A stretch of DNA of 37,193 bases from Deltaproteobacteria bacterium (GTDB taxonomy: Bacteria; Desulfobacterota; Binatia; UBA12015), in assembly GCA_046583355.1 (NCBI GenBank), contig JAYGCM010000086.1, forward strand, positions 1 through 37,193, read 5' to 3'. Of this stretch, positions 26,680 through 35,476 are shown piece after piece. Made by a program: the position numbers and the translations under genes. The first letter of the stretch is position 1; each line of letters opens with the position of its first letter. The notes under the pieces were generated by a model, which was not told where the DNA came from, made no database searches, and saw nothing but the letters and a program-made list of their open reading frames with translations.

Positions 26680-27120
26680 ATGATGAGAATTCTGAGTCAT
26701 TGCGTTGCGGTTGTTATGTTTGCTGCGCTGGTCGCCGTACCGGCGGGTTGTGCGGCGCGGGATCCGCGGCCGGAACTCTATCCCAATGAGCATCTTCGCC
26801 GTGTTGGGGATGCGCAATCGAGGCAGGATATTGCCTTCTGCCAGGCTCTTTCGCAGCAATATTTGCAGCCGCGCAATGCCGCGGGCGATACTGCCGCCGG
26901 TACGGTGGGTGGCGCAGCCGGCGGTGCCGCGCTCGGTGCCATCGGTGGTGCGATTGGCGGCAATGCCGGTAGGGGCGCGGCCATCGGCGCTGGTGTCGGC
27001 GCGGGGCTTGGCTTGCTGCGTGGGCTCGCTCGCGGCGCCGAGCCGCCCAGAAACTACGAGTCTTTCGTTCGCAAATGCATGACGGATAAGGGCTACGAGG
27101 TCATCGGCTTCGGCAACTGA
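26680..27120 (+). CDS. Glycine-zipper lipoprotein
   Basis: GGAG RBS, lipobox-like AGC, PELYPNEHL, GGAAGGAALGAIGGAIGGNAGRGAAIGAGVG, FVRKCMTDKGYEVIG. Confidence 0.85.
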   Translation: MMRILSHCVAVVMFAALVAVPAGCAARDPRPELYPNEHLRRVGDAQSRQDIAFCQALSQQYLQPRNAAGDTAAGTVGGAAGGAALGAIGGAIGGNAGRGAAIGAGVGAGLGLLRGLARGAEPPRNYESFVRKCMTDKGYEVIGFGN

Positions 27121-27173
27121 AGCGGCGCGCCTGGCTGAATCCCTGGCCTGCCGCCGCGGTAGATGCCGAGGGT

Positions 27174-27794
27174 TCAGCGCGCGGTGTCGTGCTCTTTGAG
27201 CAGGCGCTCGACCGTATCTACGATCGTGACCGTGCGGGCATCGAGCTCGATGTTCACCCGATCGCCGCGGTCTTTACGGCCGAGGTTGGTCAGGCGCAGC
27301 GTCTCCGGGATCAGGTGCAGCATGAACCAACCGTCGTCGTTGCGCTCGCCCACGGTCAGGCTTGAGCCGTCGATCGCGATGAACCCCTTGCGTGTGATGT
27401 AGCGCATCCAGTTGGCCGGTACGCCGATCTTGAGGTCGCAGACATCGCCCTCTTGGCGTCGCTCGAGCACCTCGCCTGTGCCGATGATATGGCCGGCCAC
27501 ATCATGCCCGCCGATTTCGTCGCCAATACGCGCGCTGCGCTCGACGGTGACCCGCGCGCCCGCGGCCAATGAGCCTAATGTCGTGAGCTGTAGCGTTTCG
27601 GGGATGGCATCGAAGCCGATCCGAGCGCCCTTGATTCCGGTCACCGTCTGGCAGACACCATCGATCGAAACACTCGCCCCGACCACCAAGCCCGTACGCA
27701 ATTCCGCGGGCAGCTCAACCTCATAGCGAAGTAGATTCTGTGTCCGCTCGGCCGACGCGACAGCAAAGGTTCCTTTGACAATTCCCGTGTACAT
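27174..27794 (-). CDS. ribE: Riboflavin synthase (alpha chain)
   Basis: MYTGIV, GASVSIDGVCQTV, ETL..T.LG, GGHDVAGHI, KGFIAIDGSSLTV, IPETL, VNIELD. Called ribC in E. coli nomenclature. Confidence 0.95.
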   Translation of the reverse strand: MYTGIVKGTFAVASAERTQNLLRYEVELPAELRTGLVVGASVSIDGVCQTVTGIKGARIGFDAIPETLQLTTLGSLAAGARVTVERSARIGDEIGGHDVAGHIIGTGEVLERRQEGDVCDLKIGVPANWMRYITRKGFIAIDGSSLTVGERNDDGWFMLHLIPETLRLTNLGRKDRGDRVNIELDARTVTIVDTVERLLKEHDTAR

Positions 27795-27834
27795 GAACGT
27801 TCTCCTGGCTCGCTACCGTAGCCTGCATCGCCTC

Positions 27835-27874
27835 AAGGGGACAGAATCCGGTACACGTCCCCTGAAGGGGACGG
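27835..27874 (-). repeat. Family A REP-like element copy 3
   Basis: Reverse complement CCGTCCCCTTCAGGGGACGTGTACCGGATTCTGTCCCCTT. Confidence 0.85.
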
Positions 27875-27876
27875 TT

Positions 27877-28293
27877 TCAGGGGAGGGTGCGGGTGGTGCC
27901 TTCGAAGCGGGCGCCGGCGGCGATGTGCAGGCTGCGGGCTTCTATGGAGCCGATCATGCGGGCGGTGGCGCGTAGTTCTACGTGGCCGCTCTCTATGATG
28001 TCGCCGCTGAGGGTGCCCTCGATGATGAGGTGGCGGGCTCGGATGCGGGCTTCGACCTTGGCTTGTGGGCCGATCAGGAGGAGGGTGTCGGCGTGGACTT
28101 CGCCGCGTAGGCGACCGTCGACGCGGGCGTCGGCGGGGAAGTGGATGCGGCCGGTGAGAACGACGTCGGGGCCGATCTCGTGGCGGAAGCGCGGCTCCGC
28201 CAAGCCCGTGCTGCGCAGTTCGGACGGTGTCGTTTTGCGCGGGAGCTCGGCTGCGCTCGTGCCCTTGTCGCTGCCCTGCGGGTTGTTCTTCAT
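27877..28293 (-). CDS. Bactofilin (polymer-forming cytoskeletal protein)
   Basis: IGPDVVLTGRI.F...ARVDG.L.GEV.A...L.IG..A.V.A.I.A..LIIEG.L.GDI...VEL.ATA...G.I.A.SL.IAAGARFEG. Confidence 0.9.
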   Translation of the reverse strand: MKNNPQGSDKGTSAAELPRKTTPSELRSTGLAEPRFRHEIGPDVVLTGRIHFPADARVDGRLRGEVHADTLLLIGPQAKVEARIRARHLIIEGTLSGDIIESGHVELRATARMIGSIEARSLHIAAGARFEGTTRTLP

Positions 28294-28328
28294 GATGGGC
28301 GGCTCTTCATGGCAGGGTGCGCGGGTGC

Positions 28329-28685
28329 TCAGTCGCGACGGCGCTCTTTGATGCGGGCTTTGCGGCCCGAGAGCTCACGCAGATAGTAGAGCTTGGCGCG
28401 GCGGACACGGCCGCGCGTCACGACTTGGATCTTGTCCAAGCGGTGCGAGTGGATCGGGAAGGTACGCTCGACGCCGACGCCGTAGGAAATCTTGCGGACC
28501 GTGAAGGTCTCGCGCACGCCGCCGTGGCGGCGCGCGATGCAGGCACCCTCGAAGACCTGGATGCGCTCTTTTTCACCCTCGACCACCTTGACGAAGACTC
28601 GCAGGGAGTCGCCGGCACGGAAGTCGGGAAGATCGCTCTTCAGTTGTTCGGCTTCGATTGCCGCAATGATATCGCCTTTGCCCAT
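28329..28685 (-). CDS. rplS: 50S ribosomal protein L19
   Basis: [47 protein letters not shown]. Start ATG 28685. Confidence 0.98.
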   Translation of the reverse strand: MGKGDIIAAIEAEQLKSDLPDFRAGDSLRVFVKVVEGEKERIQVFEGACIARRHGGVRETFTVRKISYGVGVERTFPIHSHRLDKIQVVTRGRVRRAKLYYLRELSGRKARIKERRRD

Positions 28686-28847
28686 GATTCTTCTCCGAAA
28701 AGCAGGACCGGAGCACATCGCGCCCTGTGGGGGGCCTACCGAATTGTGGCCACTTCCCCAGCGGAGAGGTGCTCCTCAGAACCGGGTCTCTAACGATTGC
28801 CGTCGCAGATTGCACAATCGCCGCCGTCGCTCGTGGGCGGCATGCCT

Positions 28848-29408
28848 CTAGTGGCCGGCCAGACGGTCGAGCATGATGGCCGCCGCCGCGCGCACGGAGA
28901 GGTGATTATAGTCGCTGGCTCCCAGGATCGGTGCCAGGCGGAGCTCGCAGCGCTCCAGAACCTCGGGCGTGAGGCCGTAGCCGGTGCCCAGCACAACCAG
29001 GTGGGGACGCTCGTCACGTTCGAGCCGCGCGTGCATTTCACGGTAGTCCAGCGCGGCTGCGTCGGGGCGTGCCGAGGTCGAGATCAGCACGGGCAGGGTG
29101 CCGGTCTCGCGTTCGATCTCGACCAGGACCTGGTCTAGATCGGTTGCGATGCGCACCAACGCAAGCGCCTCGCCGCGCGACGGGTTGTAGGTGGCGCCGT
29201 GACCCTCGCGCCAATGCCAGAGGATTCGTTCGGTGAGGCGCCGCATGCCGAGGATCGGGTGGGCGACGAAAAATCCGGCCAGGCCGTAGGTGCGCGCCGA
29301 GCGCGCGATATCATGGACATCGATATTGGTGATGGCCGTCGTCACGATGACGCCGTCGCGGTTCAGCACAGGGTGGTGCAGGAGCACGATATAGAGCGGG
29401 GCAGGCAT
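28848..29408 (-). CDS. SPOUT-family SAM-dependent RNA methyltransferase (trmD-associated)
   Basis: LLHHPVLNRDG..VTTAITNIDVHDIARSARTYG, LGTGYGL, YNHLSVRAAAAIMLDRL. Confidence 0.88.
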   Translation of the reverse strand: MPAPLYIVLLHHPVLNRDGVIVTTAITNIDVHDIARSARTYGLAGFFVAHPILGMRRLTERILWHWREGHGATYNPSRGEALALVRIATDLDQVLVEIERETGTLPVLISTSARPDAAALDYREMHARLERDERPHLVVLGTGYGLTPEVLERCELRLAPILGASDYNHLSVRAAAAIMLDRLAGH

Positions 29409-29434
29409 GGGCGTGTCGTTGCGGACGGCCCGTG

Positions 29435-30199
29435 TCAGCTTCCGTCGCCGGAGCGCGCGGAGCGGTCGGTAATAGCGGAGCCACTGGGTTCACTGGCCTT
29501 CGTGTCCCCGGCCACTGGAGCCTCGCTTGGCGCCGCGCGTAGAAGGTCGGGGCGGCGCTGCTGTGTGTCTTGCAGGGCCTGCTCGGCGCGCCAACGTGCG
29601 ATCTCGGCGTGATTTCCCGAGAGCAGAACGGGCGGGACGGTGGCGTCGCGGAAGGTCTCCGGGCGGGTATATTGCGGGTACTCAAGCAGTCCCTGGTTGA
29701 AGGACTCGCTCTCCAGCGAACCCGGGTTGCCGATGATGCCGGGTACCAGACGGGTCACAGCGTCAATCACCACAGCGGCCGCCGCCTCGCCACCATTGAG
29801 GACATAATCGCCGATGCCGAGCTGCCCATCGATGAAACCGGCCAGCCGCTCATCAACACCTTCGTAGCGCCCGCAGACAAGGACCAGCTGCGGCACTTCG
29901 GCCAGTTCGTGGGCGCGCTGCTGGGTAAAGGGCGTGCCGCGCGCCGCCAGCAACAGCCGTTGGGCGCCGGGCAGGGCGACTTCTTCCAGCGCCCGCACCA
30001 GCGGTTCGATTTTCATGACCATGCCGTGGCCGCCGCCATAGGGCGAATCGTCGACCGTATGGTGTTTGTCCTGGGCCCAGTCGCGTAACTGGTGCAGGCG
30101 GATATCGAGCTTGCCCGCAGCGATGCCCTTGCCGATCAGGCTGGCCTCCAGGATGCCCGCAAAATACTCTGGGAATATGGTTATGACGTCGATGCGCAC
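29435..30199 (-). CDS. trmD: tRNA (guanine37-N1)-methyltransferase
   Basis: DVITIFPE, VDDSPYGGGHGMVMK, CGRYEGVDER, IGDYVLNGGE, LLEYPQYTRP, LLSGNH. Confidence 0.98.
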   Translation of the reverse strand: MRIDVITIFPEYFAGILEASLIGKGIAAGKLDIRLHQLRDWAQDKHHTVDDSPYGGGHGMVMKIEPLVRALEEVALPGAQRLLLAARGTPFTQQRAHELAEVPQLVLVCGRYEGVDERLAGFIDGQLGIGDYVLNGGEAAAAVVIDAVTRLVPGIIGNPGSLESESFNQGLLEYPQYTRPETFRDATVPPVLLSGNHAEIARWRAEQALQDTQQRRPDLLRAAPSEAPVAGDTKASEPSGSAITDRSARSGDGS

Positions 30200-30202
30200 G
30201 CT

Positions 30203-30709
30203 TCAGTCTTCCGGGATCAGGCCCGCCGGGGGATTGATGGTGGCTGTGCCAGCGACGAGGTCGACCTCGGTGACGATGGCATCGACCACCGGCACCAGCG
30301 TCTCGCGGCCGCCTGCGCGCACGACCCAGAGGTCGTTGGCGGGCAAGGCGATCACCTCATCAATGCGGCCGACGACCAGGCCTTCGGTGGTGCGCACCTC
30401 AAGGCCGATGGCTTCCCAATGGTAGAGTCCGTCGTCGCCGCCCGCAGGTAGCGTCTCGGCAGGGATCTGGACCTCGCTGCCGATCCACGGCTGGAGTTCC
30501 GTCAGGCTATCGATGCCCTCAAGCGTCACCAGCACGAGACGTTTGTGCTTGCGCCGTTCGCGGACCTGAAAGGAACGCTCCGACCCGCGCCCCTTGGGGA
30601 CGAGAATGAGATTCTCGCCCGCGAGCAGGGCTGGCGAGTCCGGATTGTAGGGATTCACCCGAGCCATCCCGCGCAAACCATGTCCGCCGACGACGCGACC
30701 GAGGGCCAC
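30203..30709 (-). CDS. rimM: Ribosome maturation factor RimM
   Basis: GRVVGGHGLRG, YHWEAIGLEV, ANDLWVV, LVP, PPAGLI; canonical position. Start uncertain. Confidence 0.93.
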   Translation of the reverse strand: MALGRVVGGHGLRGMARVNPYNPDSPALLAGENLILVPKGRGSERSFQVRERRKHKRLVLVTLEGIDSLTELQPWIGSEVQIPAETLPAGGDDGLYHWEAIGLEVRTTEGLVVGRIDEVIALPANDLWVVRAGGRETLVPVVDAIVTEVDLVAGTATINPPAGLIPED

Positions 30710-30757
30710 GCGCGCCGGGGAGGTCGCGCCTCTTTCCGGATGGTCGGGCGTTGTGGC

Positions 30758-30994
30758 CTACTTGTCCTCGATGATCTCGAGGACGACTTTGCGGTTCTGC
30801 CGTGAGGCAGCCGCATTGACCAGCGTCCGAATCGACTTCGCCGTCCGGCCCTGTTTGCCGATGATTCGGCCCAGGTCTTCTTCGTTGACGCGTAATTCGA
30901 TGATCGAGGCGGTTTCGCCCATGGTCTCTTTTACGACGACATCGTCCGGGTGGTTGACCAGGTGCTTCGCAAGAAGCTCGACAAGTTCTCTCAT
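30758..30994 (-). CDS. khpA: KH-domain RNA-binding protein
   Basis: ELRVNEEDLGRIIGKQGRTAKSIRTL, located between rpsP and rimM. Confidence 0.95.
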   Translation of the reverse strand: MRELVELLAKHLVNHPDDVVVKETMGETASIIELRVNEEDLGRIIGKQGRTAKSIRTLVNAAASRQNRKVVLEIIEDK

Positions 30995-30998
30995 GATT

Positions 30999-31286
30999 TT
31001 AGCCCTCGGCCGAAGCCGGGGACGATGCGGTGGCAGGGGGTAACCCCTTCCAGCCTGCTTTTTTCAGCAGGGAAGCTACCGTATCGCTCGGCTTGGCGCC
31101 ATTGCGGATCCACTTCTCGACCTTGTCGAGGTGGACACGCAGTTCCACAGGTTCGCGGGTCGGATCGTAATGGCCGAGTTGCTCGAGGAAGCGTCCGTCA
31201 CGCGGGGCTTTCGTCGTCGCTGCCACGATTCGATAGAAAGGACGCTTCTTCGAGCCGTGTCGCGCTAGGCGTATCGTGGTTGCCAT
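30999..31286 (-). CDS. rpsP: 30S ribosomal protein S16
   Basis: IRLARHGSKKRPFYRIV, PRDGRFLEQLGHYDP, GAKPSDTV. Confidence 0.98.
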   Translation of the reverse strand: MATTIRLARHGSKKRPFYRIVAATTKAPRDGRFLEQLGHYDPTREPVELRVHLDKVEKWIRNGAKPSDTVASLLKKAGWKGLPPATASSPASAEG

Positions 31287-31374
31287 TCAAATTTCTCCGT
31301 TAAACCTGATCAAAATCTCTTGGATTTCCGAGGGATACGGCGGCGGGCTCATCCCGCAACCGAAGTCCCTACTG

Positions 31375-32718
31375 TTAACGACCGCCTCCCAACTGAGCAA
31401 GGAGCCCGCGAGCCCCTCCCTTGCTGAGAGATTTCATCATTTTTCGGGTCTGATTGTATTGTTTCAGGAAACGGTTCACGTCCGAGACGCGAGTTCCGCT
31501 GCCCTTGGCAATGCGTTTGCGGCGACTGCCGTTGAGGATGAGGTGGTTGTGGCGTTCCTGATTGGTCATCGAGTCAATGATCGCCTCGATTTTTTTCAAA
31601 TGGCCGTCGGCACCTGCCAAGTCAGCCTTTTTCGCCATTTTCTTCATGCCGGGGATCATGCTCATGAGGTCGCCGACCGACCCCATCTTCTTCATGGTCC
31701 TCAGCTGATCCCGGAAGTCCTCCAGTGTAAACTCATTCTTCTTGAGTTTCTCCTCGAGGCGCGCGGCTTCTTTTTCATCGAAGGCGGATTCGGCCTTCTC
31801 TATGAGCGACATCATATCGCCCATGCCGAGAATGCGATTCGCTACGCGGTCGGGGTGGAAGACCTCGAGGTCTTCGAGTTTTTCGCCGGTGCCGGTGAAG
31901 AGCACCGGCTTGTTGGTCGTGGCGTGCAACGAGAGCGCCGCACCGCCGCGCGCATCGCCCTCCATTTTGGAGAGGATGATGCCGTCGATGCCGACACCGT
32001 CGCGGAAGCCGGTAGCTACTGCGACCGCGTCTTGGCCGGTCATGGCGTCGGCCACCAGGATAGTCTGCTGCGGCCGCACGGTGTCGCGTATGCGCGCCAG
32101 TTCGCTCATGAGCGTGGCGTCGATCGCGAGACGGCCGGCCGTATCGACCAGGACCGTATCGTGGAAACCAGCTTTGGCAGCCGCCATGGCCGCCGTCACG
32201 ACGGCGACGACATCGTTGCTATCGGCCGGCGTATCGTGGACCACGCAGCCCTCGCCCACCTGGGCGCCGAGCGTTTTCAGTTGCTCGATGGCGGCCGGGC
32301 GCGAGAGATCAAGCGGCACGAGATAGGGGCGGCGCCCCTGTGCGATGAGGTGCTTTGCCAGCTTGGCCGTCGTGGTCGTCTTGCCCGAGCCCTGCAGGCC
32401 GACGAGCATGAGTACTACCGGACCTTCGCCCGAGAGGTCGAGCGTGCCGGTGGCCCCGCCCATGATGGCGACGAGCTCTTCGCCGACGATCTTGATGAGG
32501 TGCTGCTCGGGCGTGAGGCTGCGCAGGACCGCTTGGTCCATGGCGCGGTCTTTGACCTTGGCGATGAAGGTCTTGGCGACCTCTACCTGAACATCGGCTT
32601 CCAGAAGCGCCAGACGCACATCGCGCAGGGCTTCCTCAATGTTGGCTTCGGTGATTTTCCCGGTGCCGCGTATGCGGCGGAAAACACCGTCGAGTTTGTC
32701 AGAGAGAGAATCGAACAT
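31375..32718 (-). CDS. ffh: Signal recognition particle protein
   Basis: ALLEADV, GLQGSGKTTT, DTAGR, DAMTGQD, DARGGAALS, RILGMGD, M-domain SMT..ER, GSRRKRIAKGSG. Confidence 0.98.
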   Translation of the reverse strand: MFDSLSDKLDGVFRRIRGTGKITEANIEEALRDVRLALLEADVQVEVAKTFIAKVKDRAMDQAVLRSLTPEQHLIKIVGEELVAIMGGATGTLDLSGEGPVVLMLVGLQGSGKTTTTAKLAKHLIAQGRRPYLVPLDLSRPAAIEQLKTLGAQVGEGCVVHDTPADSNDVVAVVTAAMAAAKAGFHDTVLVDTAGRLAIDATLMSELARIRDTVRPQQTILVADAMTGQDAVAVATGFRDGVGIDGIILSKMEGDARGGAALSLHATTNKPVLFTGTGEKLEDLEVFHPDRVANRILGMGDMMSLIEKAESAFDEKEAARLEEKLKKNEFTLEDFRDQLRTMKKMGSVGDLMSMIPGMKKMAKKADLAGADGHLKKIEAIIDSMTNQERHNHLILNGSRRKRIAKGSGTRVSDVNRFLKQYNQTRKMMKSLSKGGARGLLAQLGGGR

Positions 32719-32781
32719 GAACTGAAACGGGACCGGGTCGCACCCAACTCGGGAACCGCCTTCTGGGACTTGGTGAGACTA

Positions 32782-32810
32782 GAACTAAACCCTGTCGTGC
32801 GGCGAGTCAA
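32782..32810 (-). promoter_or_regulatory. Possible sigma70 promoter of ffh
   Basis: TTGACT-N17-TAGTTC on the minus strand with AT-rich sequence upstream; the -10 match is weak. Confidence 0.4.
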
Positions 32811-32884
32811 ATTATTCGTGCCGAAATTTCACCGGCTGCTGGGTTCCTGATGCCGCGCCGCCGCTGGCTCTGCGGGGAGGCGCC

Positions 32885-33163
32885 TCAATCCGCAGGGATG
32901 CGTACGCGGATCGGCTCGACCAGCCCGACGCCACCGGCGAAGTTGCGGAGGCGTTTGACCAAGGGCCAATCGATCTCGCGGCCGCGAGGGACGATGATCT
33001 GGCCGTTGGGGGTGCGGATATCCTCGTCCAGCAACATGGTTGTCTCCAGTTCGCGGACGTACACGGTCTTGATGACCTCCCGGTCGTGTCGCGGCCGGAA
33101 GTCCTCGAGTTGTTTGAGCAGCGGGGCCTCGCCTACGCGCGCGGGGCGGCGCTCGGCAAGCAA
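32885..33163 (-). CDS. Small protein or gene remnant resembling the C-terminal domain of HD-GYP response regulators
   Basis: VRELETTMLLDEDIRTPNGQIIVPRGREI...VKRLRNF...VEPIRV; TTG start without a clear RBS; in-frame TGA about 18 codons upstream. Confidence 0.5.
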   Translation of the reverse strand: MLAERRPARVGEAPLLKQLEDFRPRHDREVIKTVYVRELETTMLLDEDIRTPNGQIIVPRGREIDWPLVKRLRNFAGGVGLVEPIRVRIPAD

Positions 33164-33401
33164 GCTTTGCCAATGTGGCGTCGTGCGCCGTGCGTAGGCA
33201 CGCTGGCATGAGCGCGGTCACTGGCCGCCCTCTCGCAATGAGGGCTGGATCTCTTAGGGGGGATCGGCCCAGCGGGATACATCTTGAGCCTTGATCTCGG
33301 AGCCGACGGCATTTGCTGTCGCCTGCGCTCGGGCTTGCATGCAACGGCGGCGGTATGGAAGGGGGTAGGCAGCCCGGTATTCTGCCGGAGGGAGCCAAAT
33401 T

Positions 33402-34193
33402 ATGTTGCAGAAGATTCTGATCTCGGGTGTTGCGCTGCTTGTCGTCGTCGGCGGGGCTGTATTCTATCTCGCTTCGTCGCTGGATGGCATTGTCGAGAAT
33501 ATTATTGAGACGAAGGGCTCGGCGGCGACGGGCACGGCCGTGCGGGTCTCCGGTGTCCATATTTCCCTGCGCGACGCGCGTGCCTCGATCGACAGGCTGA
33601 CGGTCGCGAACCCGGACGGTTTTCCCGGCGACCTGATCTCCTTTGGGTCGATCACGGTCTCGATCGACCCGGCCTCGCTGGTGGCGCGCGAGCCGATCGT
33701 CCTCACCGAGGTTCGGGTGGATGATCCGCAGGTGAACCTCGTAGTGGGCACGGGTGGTCGCACGAATTTGCAGGCCTTGCAGCAGAAGCTCAAGCGCAGC
33801 GGCAGTGGCAGTGGCAGTGGCAGCGGCGGTGGCGGTGGCGGCAGCGATGACTCTGGCGGCGCGGTGGCGAAGTCCACGCGCACGCCGATCCGCATTCGCA
33901 TCGATCGCCTGGAGATCGGCCAGGCCGCGCTATCGGCCGACCTCGCGGCGGTGGGCGGCAAAAATTATGAGACGAAGATCGCGGCCGTGCAACGCCGCAA
34001 TCTCGGCGGCGCTGCGGGTGCCAGTCCGGGCCGGATCGCCGAGATCATCGCCCAGGCCATCGTTCAGGAGACCGCGAGCGCGGTGGCTCGCTCGGAGGCG
34101 AAGAACGAACTCGGCAAGCTGATCGACAAGAACCTCAAAGGCGGCGCCGCCGAGGCCGCCCGCGGCCTTCTCGGCGGTCTGCTGGGGAAGTAG
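33402..34193 (+). CDS. AsmA/DUF748-like membrane-anchored periplasmic protein
   Basis: GGAGG RBS, N-terminal TM, IETKGSAATGTAVRV, LTVANPDGF, G.TNLQAL; Gly/Ser linker at about 33798-33845. Confidence 0.75.
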   Translation: MLQKILISGVALLVVVGGAVFYLASSLDGIVENIIETKGSAATGTAVRVSGVHISLRDARASIDRLTVANPDGFPGDLISFGSITVSIDPASLVAREPIVLTEVRVDDPQVNLVVGTGGRTNLQALQQKLKRSGSGSGSGSGGGGGGSDDSGGAVAKSTRTPIRIRIDRLEIGQAALSADLAAVGGKNYETKIAAVQRRNLGGAAGASPGRIAEIIAQAIVQETASAVARSEAKNELGKLIDKNLKGGAAEAARGLLGGLLGK

Positions 34194-34218
34194 CGACCGC
34201 AAGCGTCGCCCGGATGCA

Positions 34219-34243
34219 GGCCGGCTTTTCGGCCGTGCCTCTA
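34219..34243 (-). repeat. Family B copy overlapping the amidohydrolase stop codon
   Basis: Minus strand reads TAG AGGCACGGCC GAAAAGCC GGCC. Confidence 0.75.
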
Positions 34244-35455
34244 GGCGTCGCTCTCGGCGAAGGAGCCGCGCGCCGGGCCGACGCGCTCGGCATGCGGCAT
34301 GAGTTTCGCGACGTCCAGGTCGTAGAAACGAATCGCGTTGCCGCCCAGAATCGCTTCGATATCTTTTGTTGGCAGGCCCTCAAGCGAGGTATGCATCTGC
34401 TGGCGGGTGATCGGCCAGGTGCCTTCGGGGTGCGGGTAATCGCTGCCCCACATGAGATTGCCGACGCCGATCTGGTCGCGCATCAGGGCCTCGTGGCGCG
34501 ACAGGCACGAAGCGCCCAGCATTACGTTGCGGTTGAAATATTCGCTCGGACTCATCGAGAGATGGCTGGTATAATCGCCCAGCTTCTGTGACTCGCGCGT
34601 TTGCGCATAGCGGTGGTCCAGTAGTTCCAAATACGGCGGCACCCAGACGACTGTCCCTTCCGTGATACCGACCTTGAGGCGCGGGAAGAGCTCAAAGGCA
34701 CCGCCCCAGAGCAGGAAGGTGAGCGGCCGGGCAGCGAACCAACAGACCTCGGAGACGTAGATGCCGACGGCGCCCGGCAGGTTCTCGGCATCCGGGTCCA
34801 TGAGGTCGCCAAAGTAATCGCTTGTCGGTGCCGGGCCGGAATGGAAATGCATGACCATCTCCTGGTCCTGAATTGCCTCCCAGAGCGGGTGGTATTTGGG
34901 GTGGTGATAGGGCGCAAGATCACCCCATTGGGCCGGCAGCATGAGGCCTTTGAGGCCGTTTTCTTTCGCCCAGCGGACCTCCCGGATGGATTCGTCGACG
35001 TCCCAAAGAGCCGGCAGAATAGCGACGCCGACGCGACGGTCGGGTTGCTTGGCCACGAACTCGGCGAGCCAGCGGTTGTGTGCGCGCGCGCCGGCCCATT
35101 GCAATTCGGCGTCGACACCTGCGGTCGGCAGCGAGATGCCGGCGCCGAAGGGCGGTGCGTTCATCTCGGTGATGCCGTCGGGGTAGATGACCTCGGCGGC
35201 GATACCGTCACCGTCGAGAACTTCGTTGCGTGCATCGTGGTCCCACGCCCCGGTGATGCCGCGCTCGTTGCCGGCGCGCCACTCTTCGTTGATATCGTCG
35301 ACGAGGAAGCGCTTTGCCGCCACGCGGGTCTGCTCGATCTGGATCGGCAGGGCGATGTCGAAGGTCTCGCGGTATTTCGGGTCGAGGTAGGAGCGGTATT
35401 CCTCGGGCCGCAGGCCGGCATGGCAATCACTGGAAACGACGATATAATTCTTCAT
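34241..35455 (-). CDS. Amidohydrolase family protein (amidohydro_2-like)
   Basis: VSSDCHAG, DGIAAEVIYP, AHNRWLAEF, HFHSG, GAFELFPRLK, MWGSDYPHPEGTWP. Confidence 0.92.
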   Translation of the reverse strand: MKNYIVVSSDCHAGLRPEEYRSYLDPKYRETFDIALPIQIEQTRVAAKRFLVDDINEEWRAGNERGITGAWDHDARNEVLDGDGIAAEVIYPDGITEMNAPPFGAGISLPTAGVDAELQWAGARAHNRWLAEFVAKQPDRRVGVAILPALWDVDESIREVRWAKENGLKGLMLPAQWGDLAPYHHPKYHPLWEAIQDQEMVMHFHSGPAPTSDYFGDLMDPDAENLPGAVGIYVSEVCWFAARPLTFLLWGGAFELFPRLKVGITEGTVVWVPPYLELLDHRYAQTRESQKLGDYTSHLSMSPSEYFNRNVMLGASCLSRHEALMRDQIGVGNLMWGSDYPHPEGTWPITRQQMHTSLEGLPTKDIEAILGGNAIRFYDLDVAKLMPHAERVGPARGSFAESDA

Positions 35456-35476
35456 CTTCGGCTCTCTTCTTCGTTC

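Noticed and set aside
3671..27874. CRISPR array from the 40-bp hairpin repeats
   Set aside because: Copies are kilobases apart, not regularly spaced, and no cas genes are present.
27795..27876. FMN riboswitch upstream of riboflavin synthase
   Set aside because: The gap is only 82 bp, mostly occupied by a family A repeat, and has no RFN motifs.
32719..32884. SRP RNA (ffs) beside ffh
   Set aside because: No conserved helix-8 motif (CAGG...GGAA..AGCAG) seen on either strand.
33798..33845. AGTGGC/GGTGGC tandem repeat as a phase-variation tract
   Set aside because: The units are 6 bp, so they stay in frame, and encode an ordinary Gly/Ser linker.
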